NCBI RefSeq assembly: GCF_006345805.1
Contig: NC_043011.1
Span: 18,488,464 to 18,552,463, forward strand
DNA from: Octopus sinensis
Taxonomy: Eukaryota
Length of the DNA: 64,000 nucleotides
Reading direction: 5' to 3'
Shown here: positions 25,286 to 38,312 of the stretch, piece after piece
Position numbering within the stretch: position 1 is the first letter of the stretch
Layout of the letters: each line of letters starts with the position of its first letter
The notes under the pieces: generated by a model
Told to the model about the DNA's origin: nothing
The model's database searches: none
Seen by the model: the letters and a program-made list of their open reading frames with translations, nothing else
Made by a program: the position numbers and the translations under genes

Positions 25286-28117
25286 GAGAATCCTTATCAA
25301 CAGCAGTAGTATCAATATCATTGATTAGTGCGATAGCTAAAACGGCGAGATATGGATTCTTTGAAAATTTAGCACAAATTGTAAAGCTGAATACACAGTA
25401 TACGTTCAGGTTGAGGCAGCTTGCAATAGTTATAGTAATGATAATACATACGATGATGATAAATATAAGAATTGTAGTATTTTCTTTGCTGGCTAAAAAA
25501 GACTTACACAAAGAAACGACATTAGTACAAATAAAACGAAAACAATAACAATAGCGCTTTGTACATAAATTTACAAAACAACATCAATATTATACCAATA
25601 AAATTTTAAAATAAGAATTCTCTATAAAACGGAGGCATCCTGGTGATATGCGAGGAAACACCATTAAATGAATGGTCATCCTCACCACTTGAGCGCACAC
25701 CTGAATCAGTCTTTCTGTAAATTAAGATTGGACATGCAATGAGGTTTATTCACGAGGACTGTCAAAGGATGTGTGACCCCTCCGTCCAGCTACTTGATAA
25801 AGATTTTGATTGTTCGTGTGGGAGTTGCAGTCCTTGTAAAAGCTGTCAATTGATTTGTATTTTCATTTGTCTTGATCTCTATTTTCACGGTGTTTGCAGT
25901 AGTGAAGTCGATAGGCGGTGTGTGTTCCTTTGTGTAAGTGTGGGATTATTGAATTCTCTGTTCAAGCTATTTTTGACTTTTTTTTTTCGCTAAAGTAACT
26001 TTTTTACATTTTACATTTTTTACATTTTCCCCAGAGAACTCATCATTCTGGAGAATTTCTCAAATCCACTTCCTTGTAAGGAGGTTTTCCGTAATCAGCA
26101 ACATCTGTGAGAGTGGAATGGGAATCCGTTCAATTGATTAGTATTTTTTATGTTTGTAGTCTGATTGAATTCTGTTGATAGAATTTCTCTATCTCGTGGT
26201 GGTGCTGGCAAACTTTACTTCGTGGAGTTGCTGTTTCCTGCTGTTATGGCTGAGTATGTTTCTGTTGTTACCTTTGGGGATGTTATTTCTGTTTCGATGT
26301 TGCTGCTTTTTGGTTATGCATTTGGCGATATTACTTTCTGGACGATGATGTTGCGTTGTCTTTCTTATGCTGCTAGTGCGGTGAAGACGTGGTTACCGGG
26401 TTTTTACTAGCTCTTGCTATTGCAGGGATCAGAAGAAAAATTTTGGGGTTTTAAATATATTATCCTCCATTATGATAATGACAATCGCTAATACAAGCAC
26501 AATGTCACAGTTATATAACGTGCCATCGATTGACTTAATCAGGATGATATACTGGAGCTCTCAAAAATAAATAATCACGTACAAGTTGGCAGTTTCCTTT
26601 TACAGAAAGTTTTACTGTAGAGCGCATATATAGACCTTGCTATCACAACAGTTGTAAATTATTTAAACTGATTTGAAGCATTGGACATTTGCAAAAGACC
26701 CTAATGTTCATAACACTTTACTGGTTGTGTATCCAAGAGAATGAATAACCGAATTGAAATAAACACAGCAAGATAGAAGCTGAGAACCCAACGTAGTTTT
26801 ACTTCGAAAATGTTTAGGAAAGGGGAAAATCTAGTATACAAAGGACTACAGAGGCTCGAATGATAGGGGCACAGATGTTTGAGTGTCTACAAATAAAACT
26901 TAAACGTTGGACACGTTAGGTATTAGAATATTCAGAGTCTACTTTCATTTATAAAGCAAGTTGATCTCAGATCTACTTCAAATGAGTAGAGTGTAAAATA
27001 AATAACAACAGGGTGCGCTTGCATTTAAGTAATCACTTTACCTACAAGAATTAGTGCCCGAATTTTCCTCTAACCAAACGCTACTTTAGCAAATAAAATA
27101 CTTGATGATATAATGATTAGGTAATGAGAACTTTTTACCGCAGTAATAATATAGTTTTGCTACTTCTGAATTGTGGTCTGAACAGTAAATGATATGTTGT
27201 AGAATCTTTTCTAAGTTCAAATGCCTTTTTTTTTTCTTCATATATGTTACAATATTTTAGAAATAATTATAACTCTTCACTGCTTAATCTTTTGTATGTT
27301 AATTTCAGTCTGTTGCCGATTCTCTACTATTCAACGTGTTATCGTCTATGTATTATGAATGGAGTTAGAAAGAAAATTTAGAAGCTGTTTTACTTTCATT
27401 TCTTCTCTTTAACTTCATTCACCTATTGGCATGTAGTCGTGGTGGATCTAAGACCAACGTACCGAAAATGATTAAAAAAGAAGAAAAGATACTCCAGTGT
27501 AACATTAACCAAGCATCGTTCTGAATGCAATGATTTTTAAAATCAATATGTTAAAAAAATTTTATATACGTGTTTTCGTTTTTAATCTAATCAGTGATTA
27601 ATATATTGATGAATGTTCAGTCGAAATTTCCAGTGATGTTAGAATTGGATAACATTTTAAACGTCGTTCTCTTTGGTGCTAGAAATTCATAAATTATTTA
27701 ATGCTTTAAAGTCACATAAAAGCGTCAGAAGTTCATACAAAAAATTGCTATTTATATTTTTAATGATTTTATGTCGAATAAATAATCCTCCCCAACTTTC
27801 AAAAATATAAATATAAACGAAAGAATATGCAAAAGTGAAGGAAAATGAAAACAGAAATATTTTATAATTGGCCTCTTGGGATTTCAATAGCAGTCTTACT
27901 TTAATAACATGTATGTGTAGAAACAACACGTAAAAGGAATGAATTAGCTATCGCAATCACTCCAGGATAGAAGACTTCTAATAACGATCAGCTTGTTTGT
28001 TACATAAGCACAAATATTTTACTAACATTCACACACTTTTACATAGACACTCACACAAACACACACATACATAAATACATACGCGCGCAGTCATCCCCTC
28101 CACGCTCATAGATACAC

Positions 28118-28210
<93 letters not shown>

Positions 28211-28333
28211 TTACATAGATATGTGTATACCTACATCCATACATTATATGTACAACTACTAAGACCATGAGTTTCAAAGAATTGGTTGGTATTTTGAAAC
28301 GATTCTGATGTGAACTCTGGCAATCGAGCTGCC

Positions 28334-28636
28334 GGTGGAGGCACATGGCCTAGTGGTTAGAGTAGCGGACTCGCAGTCGAAGGATCGCGGGTTCGAATCG
28401 CAGACGGGGTGATATGTGTTTATGAGCGAAATAACTGTGGTCCACGCGGCTCCGGCAGAAGGTAATGGCGAACTTCTGCTGACTCTTTCACCACAACTTT
28501 CTCTCACACTTTTCACCTGCATCTTGCAGCTCACCTGCGACGGACCGGCGTCCCGTCCTGGTGGGAAACCTTTACGTCAAGGAAAGCGGGGAACCGGCCC
28601 TTATGAGCCAGGCGTGGCTCGAGAAGGAACAAACAA
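28334..28636 (+). mobile_element. tRNA-derived SINE (tail type B) with 13-bp TSD
   Basis: GGCACATGGCCTAGTGGTTAGAG...GGGTTCGAATCG, an (AAC)-type tail, and TSD CAATCGAGCTGCC at 28321-28333 and 28637-28649. Confidence 0.92.
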
Positions 28637-29463
28637 CAATCGAGCTGCCACAGTTATTCTTTTGTTGAGTAGTAAATGAGATCTTTAAATAATCACGTGC
28701 CTTTTCACAAGGAAGAGGAATCTCATTCTGCACATCAAGAGAAGAGAACGTTAATACTCAGTTCAGTAAAAATAAAACCTTAATGTTATAGTATTTGGCA
28801 TATGTTTACTTTGGTGATATTTGCATTAGATTTGGCCTGATGGAAGCGGATCTGCCAAAGATCTCTATTCTACTTCGAGGCCGAGGAATTGAAATTATTT
28901 ACGTTCTATTTTCCAAATCGCTGGTTATATAACAAATATGTTCAAGAAGCAATTTCACAGGCGAATCGGAGCTGTGAGAAGGACAAGATATACTATTCAG
29001 CACAGAACATAAGGTAGTATAATATGTAACTGAAGAAGGGAGGAAGAAGCATAAGCTGGAAACGCATAGGGGGACACGAAACGAGATAAATAGGCATTTC
29101 ATGTACTGTAATGTTGTTAGAAAATGCACGGAGAGGACAAAGGATTATCTGATAAAGAAAACAGCAGTGACTTTATGACTTATTTACTAATGAAAGGCCA
29201 GCGGTTCCCATTTCATTGACGTATACAACGTAAGAGGATGTGGGTGCATGGCTTCGTTGTAGCAACAGCAACAGTATGTCCTGGATGTAAAATTAAAACT
29301 CAACGATATGTCCCAGTTGGAATTTACATAGAGTTATGTAATTGATTTGAGAGAATGTGGGATACAAGTTGAAGTGTCTGAAGAATATTAACACTAGCTT
29401 GGAGACGCAATGTATAAAGCTAGTAGAACTAGTCTGAAAACAACAGTTCTCTTTCAATATGTA

Positions 29464-29698
29464 TGGCGGAGAGCTTGTACAAAGATTAGCAAGACGGGCG
29501 AAATTTTTAAGCGGCATTTCGTCAGCCGTATCATTCTTTGTTCAAATTCCGCCGAGGTCGACATTGCCTTTCATCTTTACGGCTGGATTAAATAAGTACA
29601 AGTTACGCATTGGAGTCGATGTAATCGACTTAATCCCTCAGTCTGTCTTTGTTTGTCCCCTCTATGTTTAGCCCCTTGCGGGCAATAAATAAGTAAAT
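29464..29698 (+). mobile_element. Deu/Nin-domain-type SINE
   Basis: GTTCAAATTCCGCCGAGGTCGAC.TTGCCTTTCATC...AAATAAGTAC...GTTTGTCCCCTCTATGTTTAGCCCCTTG, collinear with the reverse complement of 53291-53521. Confidence 0.88.
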
Positions 29699-29934
29699 AT
29701 ATTTAGTAGACTTGATTTCATAAATTTTAAGTCATTTTCCATTTCGTTGAGTAGTAAATGTGTTCTTTACATAAACACGTACCTTTTCCTTGTGAAAAGG
29801 TACGTGTTTATGTATCTATCTTTATATCCATGAATATGTCTATCTATATATCTATCTATATTTCTCTCTTCCTATCGCTTGGAATATATATATATACATA
29901 TATATATAGATACATACATACATACATACGATGT

Positions 29935-30325
29935 ATTTATGCTACTGTTGATAACTCACTCTGATATTTATCATGGTTTGATTTCACTTTTCCAATATCA
30001 GTGTCACTGAACACTGGAAAATGTATATGTATGTGTATTTGTAAAGAGAACCTCCTTCCTATCGACAACTGTGATTGTCACACGCTGATGATATGTCAAT
30101 ACCTTGAAACTCGGGTCCGTGCGTATCATAAGTTGAAGACGGGAAGGATGGCTTCCCTTTGCAAATACTGATAGGGCACAGAAAGTGTGTCTATAGCCAG
30201 CTGGAGGAGATGTCTTCCTGAGGCTAATAACTACAGTAGCATCCACCCTTAGGGGTTAGCCATATTCAAATGGCATATTTACATCACCATGTGTTTCTGC
30301 TACTGTTGATAACTCACTCTGATAT
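29935..30325 (+). mobile_element. Family H2 non-coding element with 28-bp terminal direct repeat and hammerhead motif
   Basis: TGCTACTGTTGATAACTCACTCTGATAT at 29940-29967 and 30298-30325. Hammerhead-like core at 30079-30123. TA-rich repeats flank it. Confidence 0.75.
30079..30123 (+). ncRNA. Minimal type I hammerhead motif with decayed stem II
   Basis: CACACG CTGATGA tatgtcaatacctt GAAA C TCGG G TC CGTGCG. Stem I has 5/6 pairs and the cleavage triplet is GUC. Confidence 0.6.
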
Positions 30326-30329
30326 ATAT

Positions 30330-30360
<31 letters not shown>

Positions 30361-30428
30361 GTACCTATATTGAGTAATTCAACATAAATGTATATTTATT
30401 CATTTCGTAATAATATATATATATATAT

Positions 30429-30487
<59 letters not shown>

Positions 30488-31028
30488 AGCACATCTCCCT
30501 GTTCTGATAGTCTTTGTCTTTGTGTTAAAGAAGAATGAATAGAATCAATATTAATATTAATTACATGTAAAGAACTGTAATATGTATGTTTTTAAGATTC
30601 CATTAGGAGTGTAGCTTTTATGTTTACCTTATGCTACCTGTATGTGTTTTATCATTTATAAGAAAGAAATGGAAGATGTTTTATGCTACTGATAATAACG
30701 ATATCTATATGAAAATGTTTCGCTAGATAGTGTTCCAGTCTATATCTGTACTATTTTGAAGCTCAGCTTTGTGTATCAGATTTATCCTAACCAATACCTG
30801 TATGAAAATATTTAAAGGCTTTCCTACGCACGTGTAATGTTTTCGAGGCCTGTCCTACTCTACTGTCAAGCAAATGGCGTTTCGATATAAATCTCTGATA
30901 TATTGCTTCTATGGACAAATCACATCTCTTTCTCCTTTTCTATAATATTAATTTTTTTCTATTCTCTACTAAAGTATATATATATATATATATATATATA
31001 TAACATATATATGCATACATACATATAT

Positions 31029-31070
<42 letters not shown>

Positions 31071-34000
31071 CAATCATATGCACACGCAACTGAGTACCAT
31101 TGATCCGTTGGTTGTTTGAATCACTACGCTTCTACATCATTGTTATGCCACTATTTAATATCCGTACCTGAAGTTCCTGGACAATTTATATAAGAACCAG
31201 TGTGAACAAATTTTGAAAGGTGCAATCTAAAATTATGATTTAATTAACTCATGAAATAAATTGAAAGAGGAGAGATAGAAACAAAGATTGCTTAATTTTC
31301 TTTCAAAATGTAAATCAATATTATTAACTAAGTTATTGAAGACTAAGATGAAAATGAAATATTTTGATTGAAAATTTGTCTCGTCTGAAATCAGTATAAC
31401 TCTATTTAAACTTTTGAAATTCTCTTCACGAAGTTTGTGACCAGAAAAAGTTATACTCAAAACTGTGTCGAGTTTTGAAAGGATGTTTCTTTATATTTTT
31501 ATTACCGAGACAAAGTAGCAATTATATGAACATTGGAAAGTTGTTTTAAATAAGAAAAAAACAAAATGTAATTAAAGTGAGCTGTGAAGATTTTTAGAAT
31601 ATCGCATATAGCTTTATATAAAAGTAAGAGACTGACACTACTAAACTTCAAGCATTGAGTTATTAACAACAATTATTACACGAAGAATTACATTTAAAAT
31701 TAATTTTTTTCCTCATATAATAATGCAAAATGGTTCGAATTCATATGCAATTAAGTAAGAGAACACTGACAGAAATTGGGCATTATGCGTTTTCTTAACG
31801 ATATTCTGTACAAATTTAGGATAGGTTACAGAATGTTTTCTCTCTTTTTCAGATGTTTGATAATTTCGAAAGTAAGCTGGTTCTTATTTCTAGAAAGCTG
31901 TATGCCTTATGTCATGCTTGCTTCAAGATTGAACAAAATTATTTCTATCCATTCTGAACCTGTTTCATTTAAAAATTAGCAAGGGAGCTTATATATTCTG
32001 CTCAGAGGTAGCAATCTAAAGTTATATCGTAACTATTTCATACAGGAAAGGCACATTTTTGAATGCAGTATAAGCCGAGAAGCGCTGGGACAATATGTAT
32101 CAAATATTCGTGTTTTCGGGAATTAGTTATTATTAATCAAAAATATGTTTCTTTCTTGCCTACTAGATTGGAAATCATGCGTTAGGAAGACTACTTATGT
32201 CTCCGATAAGCCAAATTCCATGTCTGAATAAGTATTGTGGTTTACAGAATCGGAGGGAAAGCAAGAAAAACAAAACCAAAATCCAGTTTTTTCAATGACA
32301 GAGACTGATAAATTTTCTTTAGTTTCTTATTTTTGTGTGATAAGATAAATTACGTATGAAATTACTAAGAAATATATGTCTTCTGAGAATTCTTTTCCTT
32401 ATGATATAAGAAATATGTATATATGCATAGAAAAGTGAAAGAAAATGAAAATCAATGACCATTGGTATGCAATTTAGGAATTGACATTTATCCGCACGCT
32501 ATTTAAAAGTAATAATACGGAAAAAAATCACAAATAACAAAAGATTTAATAAACCTTTTACATATAGGCCGCTATAACATTGCTTTATTTCTTCCAAAGT
32601 ATATGCATTATAGCCCTGACACTTCAATATAATGTATTATAAGTCTATTAACTCAAAAAATAAACTAGCAATATTAGTTTAATCACTTTCTATCGGATTT
32701 GATGCAGGTAGTTTCAGAACATTAACCGAAACTAAAACTTCAATGAAACATATGCATATTAGTCCGCGAATACGATTATTGTATTATTGCAAGTATGATG
32801 GATGATTTGCACAGGTTAAGGTTTATGAAACAAACTTGATTTTAGGTCACTAAACATATATATAGTAGACAAAACAATATGCTCTTGCTCCAGTATTCGA
32901 CAACCATGAAGTTTATGTATCACGATGTAGAGTGTAATTTAACGCGAAGGTCTGGATCATAAATAAATTTTAAAAATGCGTCCTTTTTTAAAGTATTTTT
33001 TAAAGTCTCGAAACCACAATCTTACGATCATGATGCTGACACTAAGCCACGCGCTTCCACGTGGGGATCATAGTATACAGAATATGTTCTTGGACTCAGT
33101 CGTAAATTGGTGTTGTGGATCATGACTTGCAACGAAAGGCCATAACTTCCGATCGAGAACTGTCAATGGTCGGACGGGAATGGGAGGGCCATATGTCTTC
33201 ATCTGTCGAAAGATGTCCCTGACAACATTCTTTGTTTATAGATAGTGGAAGACCTGATCAACATTTGCGATTCAAGTTGAGACTGTGCGGACTAGTTATT
33301 TTGAGGTGGGGCAACAAAAACACAAAACTTCTCTGACCTATTTCGGTTGGCTGGCAATATTACTCGACTTGCATGTTTGGATGAGCCCATGTATGTATGG
33401 TCAAATAACACCGTTCATCACAATTACATCTAAGCAGTACTAATATCACAAAGAAATACTTTGTCATTTGTACGGTTACCCTAGTTAGAACCGTTTGCTG
33501 GAGTTGAACATATTTTCGCTCGAATTTGCTACGTTAAACTGGTGTTGATGGGAACAAGTTTCAACAATAAAATGTACCATGACAGACTGCTTACAGTGGA
33601 ACCGATATTCATTAGAAAGGGATTAATGATAAGGAGACATATATTAGATAGAGACCTAGATGGAAACATAGAGCTGGGGCTTAAAATAGTCGTCATGACT
33701 GAGTTACTAACGTTGAATTTAGGTTTCTACATATTCTTCATGTAAATCACGAGGGCTGCTCTGTCAGAGACCAGTATCATATCCCATTATACTACGTAAC
33801 TAAAGGCCACGAATTGCCAGGGCAAAAATTGCAACGTGGCAGCATTTTGGTCGATTACTCAGGGTATGTAGTATACTGGGTCGCAAGCTGGAATTTTCTG
33901 CGTACCTAGACGGCCGACTTCGGTTATTGACAACCGAGGTTGTGTGTAACGAATACCAGCTAACAGAAACTGAAATATCTCAAGCGATGGTCCTATACAT

Positions 34001-34719
34001 GACAGGGAAATTACCTTGTTTGAACGTATTGCACTTTGAGCTTTACGCTCAAATGCGAGATTGTTGTTGACGAACTATTGGTAGATAGATCTCGCAAATT
34101 GCAAAGGTCTTGAGAAACTCCTTTCCTGAGAGGTATAAATCCATAACACTTCACAGAAATATAAAATGAATGTGGTCATATTGATAATTTCTAACCTAGA
34201 AATCTGCTAAAGAGATATTTCGAGATTTTAATCCTAGCGATATGTTTTGGTACATGTTCTTATTATTTTCATTACATATGACGAGACATTCCCCATCCCC
34301 AGCAGATCTTTCCATGTCAAACTGAAAATCGTATGACACAACAAACAGGTGACATATTTCCACTATGCTGAGTAACTGTGGTCCAGATAAAATTAGATCA
34401 ATCGATATATTTCGAACGTCTCCGACACTAACCCTAGACGTTTGTCCTCACAGAATGAAAGAAAAACATATTACAATAAAATGCGTTATATTTCCGAAAA
34501 TATGTTTAATGTGATCACCCATACCAACATATTTCATATAATTACAAATATATTTTAACAACAGACTGTACTTGATTGTCTTTAACGATCTTTCTAATAG
34601 AATTGAGGCATACAACTCATACGATAGCTGAACACCTTTTATTACGGATTAAACTATAAAATCACGTATCTTCCTCTCTATAAAAGTAAAACATTATCGA
34701 TAGCAATTAAATAGAATGT

Positions 34720-35320
34720 GACCGAATGAGGTTTATTTTACAACATTGTCCCCGTTGCAGCCCACACACTTCTATTATAGTTGTAGTGCTTGGATTCCAT
34801 TAGTGAAGAAGTTTTTATTCTGTTGGTCAAAAATATCAACAACAGCAGATATTACGTCATCAACACTGCGATAGTAAGTCCCAGCCAACAAATCAAGAGA
34901 ATTCGGAGGGTGATCAAGCAGTTCAGAGATACAGCTACGCACAACAGACATTGAAAGCAGGGACTTGTATACTGAAGCTTTGTCCTGATCAAACAAGACC
35001 GCTTTCGTCAGTTTTTGTTGGCGTGTGTTCTTGTTACACTTTCTGTAATTTGGCGTTGTACTCTCCATTTATGGTATGGCCTTTTGATCCTCAAAACATG
35101 AGACCATCGCCTTCCTTACAGATGAAGCCAAATTACTTTCTTTAGATCATTTAGATCATGGTGGAGATATATTTCCACTATCTACATTGTCTCTTTTTTT
35201 CTCTGACTCAAAATGATGAATCCAAAACTTAGCTTAGGAAACGTTCGAGAAACCCGGTGGAAGCTGCTTCAAACAATGTCAGGCTTTCCCGTAATGTCAT
35301 CATTCTGGTGTGCATTCGAT
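34720..35320 (-). mobile_element. Mariner transposase relic
   Basis: FLERF...WIHHFESEKKRQ and KLTKAVLFDQDKASVYKS...ELLDHPPNSLDL...DDVISAV.DIFDQQNKNFFTNGIQAL, which are decayed HQDNA and HPPYSPDL motifs. Confidence 0.88.
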
Positions 35321-36145
35321 GAAATGACTGAAGCTACCCATCAACAACCCTAGCCATAAAAAATTCATTGGGCAGAATATGTCTCACGTTGTATGCAGGT
35401 AGCTCTGGTTATCTGATTCATCGTCAATCACCAGTCATCTATCAGCAAATAGTGAACACAATCAATATTTACCCTGTTAGTGGCAGTTGTAGAACATCCC
35501 ACACTTAGGTCAAACCTACCAACACCTATATTAATCTGTCCACTTCTGCACTGTTGACAAACATGAAGCATCATTCCGCAATGTAGCAACCGTGTCAGTA
35601 TATACGTCCTTGGAGGTTAAACCCTTTCTTTTTATTCTGCAGGTACTTGCTAACTTAACATTGCCGAAGTTTGTCCATTCTCAACAGAAGTCACTACCAG
35701 CTACATTTGAAGTATTTTTTGAACTGTCAGAAATTAGAAGTTCAGCTGTTAATTCGAAATTAATGGATACAATATTTCGTAGCCCTAGCACTATTCCTTC
35801 ATAGTCAGACTACGAACTATTTAGCCCACACACGTTCAAACAAATTAAATGAAGACTTTTGATTATGTCCTTTGCACATCCTCTCTAGATATTTTTACTT
35901 TCCAACGTTCCTTAGGAATTGATTTGCAATGGACTACACTTATAGTGCGCACTAACGTTCACCGAGTGTGATTTCACTATTCTACTATGCAACTTTGTCT
36001 CATGTATCAGACACACAATATGTGGAGTAGTATGAGCTAATATAATACGACAGACAACTACTTTTCTCTAAGTCGGACGAATATATTAGAGAAAGAAATA
36101 CATGTGTGTATCAACTGAAGATGTATTGATCAATACGTAGTACAG

Positions 36146-36535
36146 ATTTTTGGAAGCACTCCGTCGGTTACGACGACGAGGGTTCCGGTTGATCCGAATC
36201 AACGGAACAGCCTTCTCGGGAAATTAACGTGTAAGTGGCTGAGCACTCCACAGACACGTGTACCCTTAACGAAGTTCTCGGGGATATTCAGCGTGACACA
36301 GAGAGTGACAAGGCCGGCCCTTTGAAATACAGGTACAACAGAAACAGGAAGTAAGTGTGAGAGAAAGTTGTGGTGAATGAGTACAGCAGGGATCACCACC
36401 AGCCCCTGCCGGAGCCTCGTGGAGCTTTAGGTGTTTTCGCTCAATAAACACTCACAACGCCCGGTCTGGGAATCGAAACCGCGATCCTATGACCGCGAGT
36501 CCGCTGCCCTAACCACTGGGCCATTGCGCCTCCAC
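36146..36535 (-). mobile_element. tRNA-derived SINE (tail type C) with 12-bp TSD
   Basis: Minus-strand head GGCGCAATGGCCCAGTGGTTAGGGCAGCGGAC...GGTTTCGATTCC. TSD TACGTAGTACAG (36134-36145) and TACGTCGTACAG (36536-36547). Confidence 0.92.
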
Positions 36536-37447
36536 TACGTCGTACAGTACAAATATTTTGATAGTGCTGGCAATACATTATAAAGACTGTGCCAGGAGTT
36601 GACAGCATAAATGTGTTTTGGTACTGATATTTATGGGACACAACGAAATATATGAATATCATTATATTCGTATATGTCACTTCAGAAGGTACGCCCTGTC
36701 AGAATATATTATATATTATATAAGGTATTTGCTCTGCACATGTATGTTGTACACATATACATATGCATGCATTTTAACCTCACTTGTCGGGTAAATGTTT
36801 GCGTATAGCATGCGCATTTATAGACATTAAAAAAAAGAATTAATATTTATGTTATATTAGTTTTACATTTATATTAATTAGTTTATACTAATTAGAATAA
36901 CGATTTTGTAATCGACGTCACTGTTATGTATGCTGTTGACGCCCGTACTGTGTCCAGACCAAAATGACTGACATGCAATAAGCTTTATATTTTTCAGTTA
37001 CTCAATGTATTTTAATGACTTGCAAAAACACACCGTTGTCAAGCATTCTCAGACGCAATAAAATATATTTATAAATACGCATACAGGCGTGCATAAACCA
37101 ACACAAACATATATTTATAATCACAGGCTTACATTGTGGAAGTTAATATACTTACAACTATTTTAATTCTTTCAAGTAATAATCAAATACTTAAGCTTGG
37201 AACCGTCAAAATGTCTGCCTAGCATTGAACGATGAAAACGTCGACGCTATTCTCCAGTTGTAATGCTAAGGCCTAGTATGTAAGGAAAAGCGCTCTCATA
37301 TATCTGTTCCTGAAACCTATTTAAAGGTTAATTTTCATGGAATTAACTCCGTTATTGTTGCTGTTTTCCTACATGGTAAAATGTTTGTGGGTTTCTTATC
37401 TGTTTTCCTTTATGTATCTATTTTTCAGAATCTCAAAAATCCATGTT

Positions 37448-37530
<83 letters not shown>

Positions 37531-37534
37531 ATAT

Positions 37535-37898
37535 AAACTTAAGTTGAAGGTACCAGAATTTAGTAAGGTATTATCCATACAATTTAAGATAAGGCGATTA
37601 GACTCGAAATAAGCAAGAAGGATATCCAGGGGTGATGCAGTACGATCGTTTCATGCAATTCCATTTAATTGAACAATGCAAACATTACATAACTTAAAAA
37701 TGTAGAGCAATCTTCAGCTGCACAAAAATATAGAATTTAATTAAATTCGGAGGACTCATTAGTATAATTTTATCCAAAATTTTTACTAATGATAAAATTA
37801 TAGTAAATAGTCCTTCGAATTTAATTAAATTCTATATTTTTGTGCAGCTCAAGATGGCACTACATTACTTCTGGTTATCCTTGTTGCTTATTTTGAGT
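37535..37898. mobile_element. Family H3 non-coding element in inverted (foldback) arrangement, flanked by (TA)n
   Basis: 37699-37775 pairs with 37791-37866, and about 37601-37630 pairs with about 37871-37898. Confidence 0.8.
37635..37723 (-). ncRNA. Minimal type I hammerhead ribozyme motif
   Basis: Minus strand: GTGCAG CTGAAGA tTGC..(long loop)..GCAt GAAA C GATC G TA CTGCAT. It has a 6-bp stem I, palindromic loop GATC and a GUA cleavage triplet. Confidence 0.72.
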
Positions 37899-37906
37899 AT
37901 ATATAT

Positions 37907-38204
37907 ATCATCGTGATCACCGTGACCGACCAGTCTATCAGACGTTGCCACACGTTCGCTGGTCACAATGCGATTTGCATTGTTTTAGCCTTCAAATGAC
38001 GCCACCCCGCTGGCTAAGCGAGCAGGCCAGCACAGGAGTGAGAGAAAGTTGTGGCGAAAGAGTACAGCAGGGATCGCCACCACCCTCTGGAGATTTTAGG
38101 GGTTTTCGCTCAATAAACACTCACATCACCTGGTCTGGAAATCGAAACCGCGATCCTACGACCGCGAGTCCGCTGCCCTAACCACTGGGCCATTGTGCCT
38201 CCAC
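37907..38204 (-). mobile_element. tRNA-derived SINE (tail type A)
   Basis: Reverse-complement homologue of 21747-22039. Confidence 0.9.
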
Positions 38205-38236
38205 ACGCACACACACACACACATACACACATATAT

Positions 38237-38312
<76 letters not shown>

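Noticed and set aside
25690-26420. Possible degenerate LINE ORF1 on the minus strand (TYSAITAG, A/C-rich bias)
   Set aside because: No diagnostic motif recovered; compositional hint only.
29029-29085. CTGAAGA...GAAAC
   Set aside because: No stem I or III pairing.
33100-34000. Slightly GC-richer block, possibly an old RTE-like endonuclease relic
   Set aside because: The similarity (LVLMGTSF..K..H) is too weak to call without an HMM search.
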